Of a DNA stretch of 38,784 nt, positions 16,768 through 25,878 are shown one piece after another (positions within the stretch are counted from its first letter, which is position 1; each line of letters begins with the position of its first letter). The translations under genes were made by a program, and so were the position numbers. Source of the stretch: an uncultured Acidimicrobiia bacterium (lineage in GTDB: Bacteria > Actinomycetota > Acidimicrobiia > IMCC26256 > CALEDW01); contig CALEDW010000003.1 in the NCBI GenBank assembly GCA_937949585.1, positions 1 to 38,784 on the forward strand, in the 5' to 3' direction. The notes under the pieces are model-generated. The model did no database searches and was not told where the DNA came from. It saw only the letters and a list, made by a program, of their open reading frames with translations.

Positions 16768-17910
16768 ATGCCGCCCACCCCCGACGCCGAGGCCCGCGCC
16801 GCGCTGGTGATCCCGGCCGAGCTGCGCCCGGCCGACGGCCGGTTCGGCTCCGGGCCCTCGAAGGTCCGCCCCGAGGCCGTCGCCGCGCTGGCCAGGGCGG
16901 CGCCGACGTTCCTCGGCACCAGCCACCGCCGTCCCGGCGTCCGGGGTCTCGTCGGCCGGATCCGGGCCGGACTGCACGAGCTGTTCGGTCTCCCCGCCGG
17001 CTACGAGGTGGTGCTGGGCGTCGGCGGCGCCACCGCGTTCTGGGACGCCGCCTCGTTCGGCCTCATCGAGCGGCGCGCCGCCCACCTCGTGCACGGCGAG
17101 TTCTCCGCCAAGTTCGCCGAGGTGACCCGGGCCGCCCCGCACCTCGAGGATCCGGTGATCGTCGAGCACCCGCCCGGTGGCCACGGGACCCTGGCGGGCG
17201 ATGATCGGGTGGACGCCTACTGCTTCCCGCACAACGAGACCTCCACCGGGGTGATGGTCGACGTCCGCCGGCCGGCCGGGGCGACCGGCGACCAGCTGGT
17301 GCTCGTCGACGCCACCTCCGCCGCCGGCGGCCTGCCGGTGGCGCCGGAAGAGTTCGACGCCTACTACTTCGCGCCGCAGAAGTGCTTCGGCGGCGACGGG
17401 GGGCTCTGGGTGGCACTGTGCTCGCCGGCGGCCGTGGAGCGGATCGAGCGGCTCGCCGACCGGTGGTGCCCGGCGTTCCTCAATCTGGCGATTGCGTTGG
17501 CGAACTCGCGCCGGGACCAGACCTACAACACCCCGGCGCTGGCCACCCTGTTCCTCCTCGACGACCAGATCCGCTGGATGATCCGCATCGGGGGCCTGGA
17601 GGCCTGCGTGGCCCGTTGCCGCGCCAACGCGGCAACGGTGTACGGATGGGCCGAGGCCAGCCCGGTCGCCACCCCGTTCGTCGCCGATCCGGCCGCCCGT
17701 AGCCTCGTGGTGGCCACCATCGACTTCGCCGCCGAGGTCGACGCGGCCCGGCTCGCCGCCGTCCTGCGGGCGAACGGCATCCTCGACACCGAACCCTACC
17801 GCAAGCTCGGACGCAACCAGCTGCGCATCGCGCTGTTCCCCAACATCGAGCGGGAGGATCTCGAACGGCTGGCGGCGGCGATCGACTGGGTGATCGAGCG
17901 GCTCGCCTGA
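16768..17910 (+). CDS. serC: Phosphoserine aminotransferase (actinobacterial type)
   Basis: DGRFGSGPSKVRPEAV...GTSHRRP...YYFAPQKCFGGDGGLW...TPA. ATG 16768. TAGGCT at 16754-16759, 8 nt upstream. Confidence 0.88.
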   Translation: MPPTPDAEARAALVIPAELRPADGRFGSGPSKVRPEAVAALARAAPTFLGTSHRRPGVRGLVGRIRAGLHELFGLPAGYEVVLGVGGATAFWDAASFGLIERRAAHLVHGEFSAKFAEVTRAAPHLEDPVIVEHPPGGHGTLAGDDRVDAYCFPHNETSTGVMVDVRRPAGATGDQLVLVDATSAAGGLPVAPEEFDAYYFAPQKCFGGDGGLWVALCSPAAVERIERLADRWCPAFLNLAIALANSRRDQTYNTPALATLFLLDDQIRWMIRIGGLEACVARCRANAATVYGWAEASPVATPFVADPAARSLVVATIDFAAEVDAARLAAVLRANGILDTEPYRKLGRNQLRIALFPNIEREDLERLAAAIDWVIERLA

Positions 17911-18053
17911 GTGACGCCGGTCACCGCCCGGCGCGCCCGCTGTTCACCGAGCGGTTCCGTCCCCACGCAGTCGCGCTCCGTACGATGGGCGCCCGAGCCC
18001 GTCCCGTGCGTCCCGGTGCGGCACCCGGCACGGTCGCCCCAGGAGCCGCCGTC

Positions 18054-18827
18054 ATGACCGACACACCCGATCCCCCCGTCCGAGGCCTGCAGCGGGCCGT
18101 GCAGGGTGCCCGTGAGCTCGGGCGCGACGCGATGGCCCGCCTCCGACCGGCCGGCCCGCCGGCGTCCGAGCCGGTTGCCGACCGAGCGGACGTGGAACCG
18201 GGTGCCGGGGGCGAGAAGCCGGAGCAGCCGGTCGGGATGCAGGACCCGCGGGCGCTGGCCCAGGCCATCCCCCTCGTGGAGCGAGCCTTCGCCTTCCTGG
18301 ACATCTGCGGGTTCACGGCCTTCACGGCCGAACACGGTGAGCACGCCGCGATCAACGCGCTGCGGCGCTTCCGGACCCTCACCCGAGAGGTCGCGACCCG
18401 CCGGGGAGTGCGCGTCGCCAAGTGGCTCGGCGACGGGGTGATGCTCGTCGGGGTGGAGGTGGGGCCCACCATCGCCGCGGCCACCGAACTGATCGCACGC
18501 TACGACGTGGACGTGCTGCCGCTGCGGGGTGGGGTGGCCCACGGCTGGGTGCTGCTGTTCGAAGGCGACGACTACATCGGTCGTCCCGCCAACCTCGCCG
18601 CCCGGCTCTGCGACGCCGCCAACCCCGGTGAGGTGCTCGCGGTCGGCTATGGACCCGCCGACCTGCCCGACTGGGTGGAGGTCACGGGGACGCGAGACGT
18701 GACGGTGCACGGCCTGGGACGGATCCGGAAGGTGCAACGGCTGGGCATCCGGCCCGACGTGGAGCTCCCCACGCTCACGGTGCCGGTCGTGGGTGAGGCA
18801 CGGGCTCGCCGCGGCGGCGGCGACTGA
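18054..18827 (+). CDS. Class III adenylate/guanylate cyclase, minimal stand-alone form
   Basis: AFLDICGFTAFT (metal Asp), VAKWLGDGVMLVG (Lys plus second Asp), GRPANLAARL (Asn/Arg). ATG 18054 has AGGAG 8 nt upstream. Candidate -10 TACGAT at 17981-17986. Confidence 0.8.
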   Translation: MTDTPDPPVRGLQRAVQGARELGRDAMARLRPAGPPASEPVADRADVEPGAGGEKPEQPVGMQDPRALAQAIPLVERAFAFLDICGFTAFTAEHGEHAAINALRRFRTLTREVATRRGVRVAKWLGDGVMLVGVEVGPTIAAATELIARYDVDVLPLRGGVAHGWVLLFEGDDYIGRPANLAARLCDAANPGEVLAVGYGPADLPDWVEVTGTRDVTVHGLGRIRKVQRLGIRPDVELPTLTVPVVGEARARRGGGD

Positions 18828-18832
18828 GCCCA

Positions 18833-19555
18833 GTGGTGTTCAACCGTCGTACCGTCCGGGCCGCGATCGCGGTGCTCCGGTCCTCCGGCGGCCAGACGGT
18901 CTCGGCCGTCGGTTTCGCCCGGCGGGCCTGGTTGATCGACCGGCGCCGGCGCAACCAGACCGAGGAGACGGTCGGGATCCTCGCCGAACGGTACCGGCGA
19001 CCGGTGCTGGGGCGGTGCCACGCCTGGGAGCTGGTCGAGCGCCTCGCCGCCTGCATCGACCCGACCGACTGCCGCCTCCTCGGCGTGAGCCAGCAGGTGC
19101 ACAGCCTGCAGATCCTGGCCGCGATGGAGCGCGACGGGGTCGACGATCCCGATCTGTGCCTCGCGGCGCTCCTGCACGACGTCGGCAAGCTCGCGCTCGC
19201 CGCCGGTGAGGATCCCGCCAACGTGGTCGGGCGCACCGACCCCATCCGGCTCGGCCCGCCGGGCGGCGGGCTCGACCGGGTGGTGCTGCAGTGGGGTCAT
19301 GCACAGATCGCCGCCGTGCGCCTCGAGGACCAGCTTCCCGAGCACCTCACCTGGCTCATCCGCTACCACAACACCGCCCTGGGCCGTTGCGCCGAGGCGA
19401 TGAACGACCGCGACCGGGCCTGGGCCGAACGGTACCTGCGGCTCTTCGCGCACTACGACCACGTCACGAAGTTCGTCGCCCGGATCCCCACCCGCCCGGT
19501 GGAGCACTACCGGGATCTCGTGGAGAAGCGCCTCCCGGACCCGATCGTCTTCTGA
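18833..19555 (+). CDS. HD-domain protein of the myo-inositol-oxygenase (MIOX)/PhnZ-like type
   Basis: The motif series resembles MIOX: SQQVHSLQ, ALLHDVGK, QWGHAQIA, WLIRYHN, FAHYDHVTK. GTG start lies 5 nt after the cyclase stop. Confidence 0.6.
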   Translation: MVFNRRTVRAAIAVLRSSGGQTVSAVGFARRAWLIDRRRRNQTEETVGILAERYRRPVLGRCHAWELVERLAACIDPTDCRLLGVSQQVHSLQILAAMERDGVDDPDLCLAALLHDVGKLALAAGEDPANVVGRTDPIRLGPPGGGLDRVVLQWGHAQIAAVRLEDQLPEHLTWLIRYHNTALGRCAEAMNDRDRAWAERYLRLFAHYDHVTKFVARIPTRPVEHYRDLVEKRLPDPIVF

Positions 19556-19562
19556 GTGCACC

Positions 19563-21557
19563 GTGGGACGGCCGGTGGCTCCCGGGCGCGGGAGAGCGCT
19601 GATCGCGACCGGCACCGTGGTCGCGGTGCTCGTGGGGATGTGGTGGTGGCGATGGGCTCGGGGGGCCGTCCCCGGTTCCGACGGCCGACTGCTGCTCGCC
19701 GTCGCCCGCTCGGTTGCCGAGGGGGCGGGCCCTCGGCTCCCGGACGGCGACGTCATGTGGTTCCGGGGCCCGGTGTGGCCGGCGGCGGCCGGGACGGTGC
19801 TGCGGCTCGCCGGCGCCGATGCCGGCCCGGCGCTGATCCGGGCCGGCGGGGCGGCCGTCCTGGCAGTGGCGCTGGCCGGGCTCGGCCGGCACTGGTACGG
19901 GTGGGCGGTCGGGCTGACCGCAGTGGCACTGGCCGGGACCACCGCCCCCCCGGTGCTGGCGGTCCTCGCCGACTGGTACACGGATCCGCTCGCCGTGGCG
20001 CTCGCCCTCGGGGCGCTGATCGTGCTCGACCGTGCCCTCGCCGAGCGATCGGACCGGCATGCGTTCGCCGCCGGTGTGCTGCTGGCCGTGGCGGTGCTCA
20101 CGAAGGAGAGCACCGGTTTCGTCGCCGTGGGCCCGGTGGCGGCCTCGGTGGCGCTCGCCGACCGGCACGGGTGGGGGTTCCTGCATCCGGTGGCGGTGGC
20201 GGCGGCCACCGCCACCGGGCTCGTCGGCCCATGGCTCACCCTGCACGTCGCCGGCCAGGACCGCTTCTTCCTCACGCTCGTGGAGGGCGAACGGGCCCGG
20301 GTGCTGCTGGCGGGGTGGTGGCTGCTCGTCGCGGTCCTCACCGTCACCGCGATCCGGTGGCGGCGGGCCGGACCCGAGCGGTGGCGCCGTCCCGGGCCGC
20401 GGACGGCGGTGCTCGTGGCCACGGTCGTGGTGGCGTGCTGGGCGGCGGTGGTGTTCGCGGGTCTGGCCGGCGGGGTACCGCGGGGCTCCGACGGCCGCTT
20501 CGGGACCTGGGAGATCCTCCGGCGGTTCCTCCTGCCCGCCCTGGGTCCAGCGCCCTTGGTCGCACTCGGTGCCGTGGTGCTGGGTCGGGCGGCGGTTCGC
20601 CGCGAGCGCAGCGCGCTCGCGCACGCCGCCGCCTTGGGGGCGTTCCTGCCGCTCCTGGTGGTGTGGCCCCTCTCCGGGTCGGTGTTCGTCGCCCGTAACG
20701 GGCTCGTCGCCGTGCTGCTGGTGCACCTGGCCGCGGCGGCCGGAACGGCCCGGGTCCTGGGTGCCGTACGACGCCGGGCCGCCGCCGCGGTGGTGCGACC
20801 CGCACTCGGGCCGGTCATCCTCGCCGCCGCAGCCGTGACGGTGGTGGTGGTCGTCGCCACCTCGGCCGCGGCGACCTGGCGGGCCGTGCCCGATCGTCCG
20901 CCGAACCGGTTCGCCGACCTGGATGCCGCTGCGGCCTGGCTCCGGTCGCGCCTGGACCCGGGCGAGGCGGTGATCGGTTCCTACCTGGCCTGGACCCGCC
21001 TCGCCTGGCAGCTGGGCCCGGCGCACCCGGTCCACCTGCTGCCGTCCTCCCGGGTTCGCCTCGACACCTCGGGACGGCTCCGGTCGGTTCCCGTGGTCCC
21101 GGTGGTGGGGACACCCCGGCGGGTCGACGTGCCCTCGGGGACCGACGACTGGTTGACGGTCCTGCGCCATCCCGACAAGGCGTTCATCACCGCGCTGAGC
21201 CGTGACCGGCTCGTCGCCGAGCTGCGGGACGCCCCCGCGAGGTACCTGGTGCTGTGGGGCGCGAGCACCCGGGACGGCGAGGAGCTGGCCGTCACCCTGG
21301 AGGCCATGGCCGGCGTCGAGCGGGCGGCCATGTTCGGCTGGGCGATCGTGCTCGCCGTGGACGCCGACCGACTGGCCACGGCCCCGGTCCCCCCGGCCGC
21401 GGCCCGGGCCCAGACCCTCGACTGGCTCTCCCGACGAGGCGGCGGGTGCGAACGGCGCACCGTCCCGGCGCTGGGCTGGCCGCCCCGGCCTGCCACCATC
21501 GCTCGGTGCGGTCGGCTCCTGCTGCACGGCGACCGACCCCGGCGGCAGTCCCGGTGA
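19563..21557 (+). CDS. Polytopic GT-C-fold (ArnT/PMT-like) glycosyltransferase-like membrane protein with a C-terminal extracytoplasmic domain
   Basis: More than 10 hydrophobic segments, an early loop SDGRLLLAVARSVAEG, LTKESTG, and a soluble tail of about 200 aa. GTG start lies 7 nt after the upstream stop. Confidence 0.6.
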   Translation: MGRPVAPGRGRALIATGTVVAVLVGMWWWRWARGAVPGSDGRLLLAVARSVAEGAGPRLPDGDVMWFRGPVWPAAAGTVLRLAGADAGPALIRAGGAAVLAVALAGLGRHWYGWAVGLTAVALAGTTAPPVLAVLADWYTDPLAVALALGALIVLDRALAERSDRHAFAAGVLLAVAVLTKESTGFVAVGPVAASVALADRHGWGFLHPVAVAAATATGLVGPWLTLHVAGQDRFFLTLVEGERARVLLAGWWLLVAVLTVTAIRWRRAGPERWRRPGPRTAVLVATVVVACWAAVVFAGLAGGVPRGSDGRFGTWEILRRFLLPALGPAPLVALGAVVLGRAAVRRERSALAHAAALGAFLPLLVVWPLSGSVFVARNGLVAVLLVHLAAAAGTARVLGAVRRRAAAAVVRPALGPVILAAAAVTVVVVVATSAAATWRAVPDRPPNRFADLDAAAAWLRSRLDPGEAVIGSYLAWTRLAWQLGPAHPVHLLPSSRVRLDTSGRLRSVPVVPVVGTPRRVDVPSGTDDWLTVLRHPDKAFITALSRDRLVAELRDAPARYLVLWGASTRDGEELAVTLEAMAGVERAAMFGWAIVLAVDADRLATAPVPPAAARAQTLDWLSRRGGGCERRTVPALGWPPRPATIARCGRLLLHGDRPRRQSR

Positions 21558-21575
21558 CGACCGTAGGCTTCCGGG

Positions 21576-22151
21576 ATGACCGACCTGCCCCTGCCCGTCA
21601 CCGGCGATCCCGACGCCGACCGGCTGCTCGCCGACGACCCGCTGGCCCTGCTGCTCGGGATGCTGCTGGACCAGCAGGTCCCGATGGAGTGGGCGTTCCG
21701 AGGGCCGGCGACGCTGCGGGACCGCCTCGGACACCTGGACCCGGCCCGCATCGCGGCGATGGATCCCGAGGAGCTCGAGACGGCGTTCCGGCAGAAGCCG
21801 GCCCTGCACCGCTACCCGGGCGCGATGGCCCGACGGGCCCGGGAGCTGTGCCGCCACCTCGTCGAGGTCTACGACGGGGACCCGACCCGCATCTGGGGTG
21901 ACGGCCCGGCCGACGAGGTGCTCACCCGTCTGCGCGCCCTGCCCGGCTACGGCGAGGAGAAGGCGAAGATCCTCCTGGCGGTGCTCGGCAAACGGTTCGG
22001 AACCGCCCCGGCCGGCTGGGAGGCGGCCGCGGCGCCGTTCTCCGACGCCGAGCCCCGCTCGGTGGCCGACGTCGACTCCCCCGAGGCCTTGGCGCGGGTC
22101 CGGGCGTTCAAGCAGGCCCGCAAGGCCGCCGGGCGCACGAAGGCCGACTGA
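21576..22151 (+). CDS. HhH-GPD-type base-excision-repair-like protein
   Basis: LLLGMLLDQQVPMEWAF.GP..L...LG, ALPGYGEEKAKILLAVL (helix-hairpin-helix). ATG 21576 is preceded by TAGGCT-N6. Confidence 0.75.
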   Translation: MTDLPLPVTGDPDADRLLADDPLALLLGMLLDQQVPMEWAFRGPATLRDRLGHLDPARIAAMDPEELETAFRQKPALHRYPGAMARRARELCRHLVEVYDGDPTRIWGDGPADEVLTRLRALPGYGEEKAKILLAVLGKRFGTAPAGWEAAAAPFSDAEPRSVADVDSPEALARVRAFKQARKAAGRTKAD

Positions 22152-22164
22152 GCCCCGCCCGGAA

Positions 22165-22197
22165 CCCCACCGGTGGGGGCACGGGGTTGCACCCCGT
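22165..22197. terminator. Two adjacent GC hairpins (CCCCACCGGTGGGG; ACGGGGttgcaCCCCGT) between convergent genes; candidate bidirectional terminator
   Basis: Palindromes read directly in the 70-nt convergent gap. Confidence 0.4.
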
Positions 22198-22221
22198 ACC
22201 CCCGGGCCGGTGGGACCTGCA

Positions 22222-23511
22222 CTACCAGGAGGCCGGGCAGTGCAGCAGCCGGTTCGGTGTTCCCGAGATCGCCCCGAACGGCGAGGTGAGCACGTTCGTG
22301 CTCGCCTTGGCCTTCAGCTCGGTCTGTACCTGCGCCGGGGTGCGGTTCCCGGCCGCCAGCAGCCGGGCCGCGCAGCCGGCGACGTGCGGTGCCGCCATCG
22401 AGGTGCCGTCGATCATGTTGCGAGAGGTGTCGCCGGTGTGCCACGCCGACAGGATCTGCATCCCGGGCGCGGCGAGATCGGTGCAGGACCCCCCGTTGGA
22501 GAAGTAGGTGAGGTCGTCGGACCAGTCGGAAGCGTTCACCGTGACGGCCTGGGTCACCCGGGCGGGCGTCACGTTGCACGCGTTGACGGCGTCGTTGCCC
22601 GATGCGATCACGGCCGTGACCCCGTCGTTGATCACCGCCCGCACCGCATCGTCGACGGTGCTGTTCGCACCGCCGCCCAGGCTGAGATTCGCCACGGCCC
22701 GGGCGGTGGTGTGGTGGCTCACCACGTAGTTCAGCCCGGAGATCACCCACGACAAGGCGCCGGACCCGTTGCAGCCGAGCACCTTCACCGCTCGCAGCGT
22801 CACACCCTTGGCGACGCCGTACTTCGTACCGCCGATCGTCCCGGCCACGTGCGTGCCGTGCCCGTTGCAGTCGCCGTTCACCCCGTCGCCGGTGAAGTTC
22901 ACGTGCGAGGCCACCCGGGAGGTGCCGTTGGTTCGGCGGAACTCCTGGTGCGTGACCCGGATCCCGGTGTCGATCACGTACACCACGATCCCGGCCGCGG
23001 TGCGGGCGTAGCCGTACCGGTGATCGAGCCAGGGTGCGCAGGTGGTCCTGGCGGTGCAGCGCTTGTCGATCCGGTCGAGGCCCCACACCGGATCGGTCTG
23101 CACCGCGGCGGCCCCGACGCTCGGGACCGGTGCGACCCGGATCACCCGGTCGGCCAGCACCGACGCGACGGCCGGGTCGGCCCGTAGCGCGCCGACCTGC
23201 TTCGCACTCAGGCCCTTCACCGCGAAACCCGACAACGCCGCCGACCAGCGGGCCGTCACCGCCGCGCCCTTGAGGACCCCCCCGGCCTGCAGTCGGGCCA
23301 CCTCGGTCGCCGACGTCGAGCCGGCCCGCAGCTTCACGATGTAGGCGCCGGGGATCGCAGCTCCGGTCGGCAACGAGGCGAGGTCGACCTCCCCGGACCG
23401 GGCGACAACGGTGGTCGCCGCGGTCGGGGGTACGGCGAGCCCCACCGTCAGGGTCACGGTCGCCGCACCGAGCGCGACGATCCAACGGGATCTGCTTCGG
23501 TACCGCCGCAT
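22222..23511 (-). CDS. Secreted S8 (subtilisin/proteinase K-like) serine protease with I9 propeptide
   Basis: Signal-like N-terminus MRRYRSRSRWIVALGAATVTL. I9-like YIVKLRAG. Catalytic motifs VYVIDTGI (Asp), NGHGTHVAGTIGG (His), GTSMAAPHVAG (Ser). ATG 23511 with a GAAAGGA SD. Confidence 0.9.
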   Translation of the reverse strand: MRRYRSRSRWIVALGAATVTLTVGLAVPPTAATTVVARSGEVDLASLPTGAAIPGAYIVKLRAGSTSATEVARLQAGGVLKGAAVTARWSAALSGFAVKGLSAKQVGALRADPAVASVLADRVIRVAPVPSVGAAAVQTDPVWGLDRIDKRCTARTTCAPWLDHRYGYARTAAGIVVYVIDTGIRVTHQEFRRTNGTSRVASHVNFTGDGVNGDCNGHGTHVAGTIGGTKYGVAKGVTLRAVKVLGCNGSGALSWVISGLNYVVSHHTTARAVANLSLGGGANSTVDDAVRAVINDGVTAVIASGNDAVNACNVTPARVTQAVTVNASDWSDDLTYFSNGGSCTDLAAPGMQILSAWHTGDTSRNMIDGTSMAAPHVAGCAARLLAAGNRTPAQVQTELKAKASTNVLTSPFGAISGTPNRLLHCPASW

Positions 23512-23586
23512 GGGCGTGTCCTTTCGTCGTCGGCGACCGTCCGGGCGCCGAAGGGTCCGGGCCACCGGGTGGTGGTCCGGGTGCTG

Positions 23587-25032
23587 CTACCAGTCGGCCC
23601 GGCAGTGCAAGAGCCGGTTCGGTGTGCCGGCGAGGTAGCCGTACGGGAACTCGAGGGCGTTGGTGCTCGCCCGGGCCTTGACGATCGACTGGACCTGCGC
23701 GGGCGTGAGGCCGGGTTGGGCGACGAGGAGCCGCGCCACACACCCCGTCACGTGGGGCGCGGCCATCGAGGTGCCGCTCCGCCAGGCGTATGCGGCGTCG
23801 CCGCCCCCCCAGGCCGACTTCACCCCCACGCCCGGGGCGTGCAGGTCGGTGCACGGTCCCCCGTTGGAGAAGCTCGCGTCGCGGTCCCACCGCTCGGCGG
23901 CGTTCACCGTGACGGCTTGGGTGACCCGGGCCGGGGACGTCGCACAGGCGTCGGTCCCTTGGTTCCCGGATGCGACGACCACCGTGATCCCGGCCCGGAT
24001 CAGCGCCCGCACGGCGGCGTCGAGGCCGTCGAAGGCCGGACCGCCCAGGCTCATGTTCACCACCGCGCGGGTCCCGGGGGTGTGCCGCTGCAGGACCCAG
24101 TTCAAGCCGGCGATCACCCCGAAGTAGGAACCGATGCCGTGGCAGTCGAGCACCTTCACGCTCCGGAACCGCACGTGCTTGGCCACCCCGGTGGTACGTC
24201 CCCCGATCGTCCCGGCCACGTGTGTGCCGTGCCCGTTGCAGTCGGTGTTGCGCCCGTCCTCGGTGAAGTTCACCTGGGTGAGCACCCGGCTCACCCCCGA
24301 GGGCGTGCGGAACTCCTGGTGCGAGGCGCGGATCCCGGTGTCGAGCACGTAGACGATCACGGGCCCACCGGAGCTCGTGTACCGGTACCGCCCGTCGTAC
24401 CGGCCGGTGCAGGAGTCGCGGGCGGTGCAGCGGGTGTCGGTGCGGTCGAGGCCCCACGGCAGGTCGTCCGTCTGGGCGAACCGGGCCGGCAGCACCGAGC
24501 TCGCCGCGGTCGCCCCGGTCGGGACGGACCCTGTGGAGCCGAGGCGTCGCCCGGGGGCCTTGGGCCTCGTCGCCGCCGGGACCGCGTCGGGATCGAGGCG
24601 GATCACCCGGTCGGGTTCCACCGAGACCACTTCCGGGCGGGCCGCCAGCGACGCCGCCTCGCCCGGTGTCATCGTCACCGCCGCTCCGTGCAGCGCCGCT
24701 TCGAACACCGCCCGCACCTTCCGCCCGGCGAGCGGCGCACCCGGGCGGGCCAGGCGAGCGGTCGCCACCACGGGATCGACGCCGTCGGCGTACCGGACGA
24801 TCCAGCGCCCCGGGATCGGCGTGCCCGCCGCCACCCCGGAACCCTCGATGAGCCCGGGGTCACCTGCGGACGTCGCCGCGAACCCGCGAGGGACGACGGT
24901 CACGACGGTGAGGCTCACCACGGTGAGGCTCACGACGACGATGAGGGCAGAGGACCGACGCCACCGGGATGCCGACCGGCACGCCGAACAGGTTGCGGCA
25001 CCGGCGGCCGGTGCACCGCGCGCTCCACCCAT
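23587..25032 (-). CDS. Secreted S8 serine protease with I9 propeptide (tandem paralogue)
   Basis: VYVLDTGI, NGHGTHVAGTIGG, GTSMAAPHVTG. ATG 25032 with an AAGGGAG SD. A 15-nt tandem duplication at 24901-24930 encodes VSLTVVSLTVV in the signal-peptide h-region. Confidence 0.88.
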   Translation of the reverse strand: MGGARGAPAAGAATCSACRSASRWRRSSALIVVVSLTVVSLTVVTVVPRGFAATSAGDPGLIEGSGVAAGTPIPGRWIVRYADGVDPVVATARLARPGAPLAGRKVRAVFEAALHGAAVTMTPGEAASLAARPEVVSVEPDRVIRLDPDAVPAATRPKAPGRRLGSTGSVPTGATAASSVLPARFAQTDDLPWGLDRTDTRCTARDSCTGRYDGRYRYTSSGGPVIVYVLDTGIRASHQEFRTPSGVSRVLTQVNFTEDGRNTDCNGHGTHVAGTIGGRTTGVAKHVRFRSVKVLDCHGIGSYFGVIAGLNWVLQRHTPGTRAVVNMSLGGPAFDGLDAAVRALIRAGITVVVASGNQGTDACATSPARVTQAVTVNAAERWDRDASFSNGGPCTDLHAPGVGVKSAWGGGDAAYAWRSGTSMAAPHVTGCVARLLVAQPGLTPAQVQSIVKARASTNALEFPYGYLAGTPNRLLHCRADW

Positions 25033-25146
25033 GACGGGCTCCCTTCGTCCGCCAGCCCGCGCCCGGCGCACGTTAGCCCGGCCGACGACGGAGGTGACCG
25101 TCGGCCCGGCCGGACGGGGAGCCGGCCCTCGATCGGGGGGCTGGGC

Positions 25147-25878
25147 TCACACCGCGGTCCCGACGAGGAGCCCGACGCCTGCCGCCACCGCCATCGAGCA
25201 ACCCCCGCCCAGCACCACCCGCACGACGGCCGGCCGTACGGGTGCCCCACCCAGCCGCGCCCCCACGGCGCCGAGGACGCCCAGGAGCACGACGGTCGCC
25301 GCGACGATGAGACCGGCGCGGGTTGCGGTATCACCCACGAGCACCGGCACGAGCACGCAACCCGCCCCCGCCGCGAAGGCCAATGCGGAGGTGGCTGCGG
25401 CCTGGCCGGGGCGGGCGGCTGCGTGCGGGGTGATCCCCAGCTCGTCACGGAGGTGGCTGCCCAACGGGTCGGCCCGCATCAGCTCGACCGCGACCTGCCG
25501 GGCCAGGTCGGCGGGCAGTCCTCGATGCTCGTAGATCCGGGTCAGCTCGTCGAGCTCGTACCCCGGGTCGCGCTCGAGCTCGGACCGCTCACGGGCGACG
25601 TCGGCCCGCTCGGCGTCGCGCTGGGAGCCCACCGACGACCACTCCCCCGCCGCCATCGACATCGCGCCGGCGACGAGGCCGGCGATGCCCGCCACGGCCA
25701 GCTCGGTACGGCTCCGGGACGCGGCGACGACGACCAGCAGGAGGCCGGCCGTGGACACGATCCCGTCCTGGGCACCGAGCACCGCGGCGCGCAGCCACCC
25801 GACGCGCCCGACGCGGTGCACCTCGGGATGGGGAGGCCGTCCGCGGTGGCGACGGCGACGGTGACCCCCGATGATCAC
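25147..25878 (-). CDS. VIT1/CCC1-family (iron/manganese) transporter
   Basis: GWLRAAVLGAQDGIVSTAGLL, MAAGEW.S, and C-terminal TM helices. GTG 25878 is preceded by TACGCT-N6. Confidence 0.8.
   Translation of the reverse strand: MIIGGHRRRRHRGRPPHPEVHRVGRVGWLRAAVLGAQDGIVSTAGLLLVVVAASRSRTELAVAGIAGLVAGAMSMAAGEWSSVGSQRDAERADVARERSELERDPGYELDELTRIYEHRGLPADLARQVAVELMRADPLGSHLRDELGITPHAAARPGQAAATSALAFAAGAGCVLVPVLVGDTATRAGLIVAATVVLLGVLGAVGARLGGAPVRPAVVRVVLGGGCSMAVAAGVGLLVGTAV

Noticed and set aside
17985-18053. ATG 17985 as the cyclase start
   Set aside because: It overlaps the candidate -10 box TACGAT and has no SD. ATG 18054 has AGGAG at optimal spacing, and the intervening 23 codons are Ala/Pro/Gly/Arg-rich.
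18054-19555. Cyclase plus neighbour as a Pycsar/CBASS-type defence system
   Set aside because: There is no cNMP-binding, TIR, patatin, endonuclease or pore-type effector. The neighbour looks like a MIOX-type HD oxygenase. This reading is kept only as a speculative alternative in the operon finding.
18647-21857. 737-aa and 797-aa minus-strand ORFs opposite the cyclase/HD/GT-C operon
   Set aside because: Their translations are low-complexity (T/A/R/P/G-rich) with no motifs. The plus-strand genes have recognisable domains, TM helices, SD or coupling signals, and the expected codon bias.
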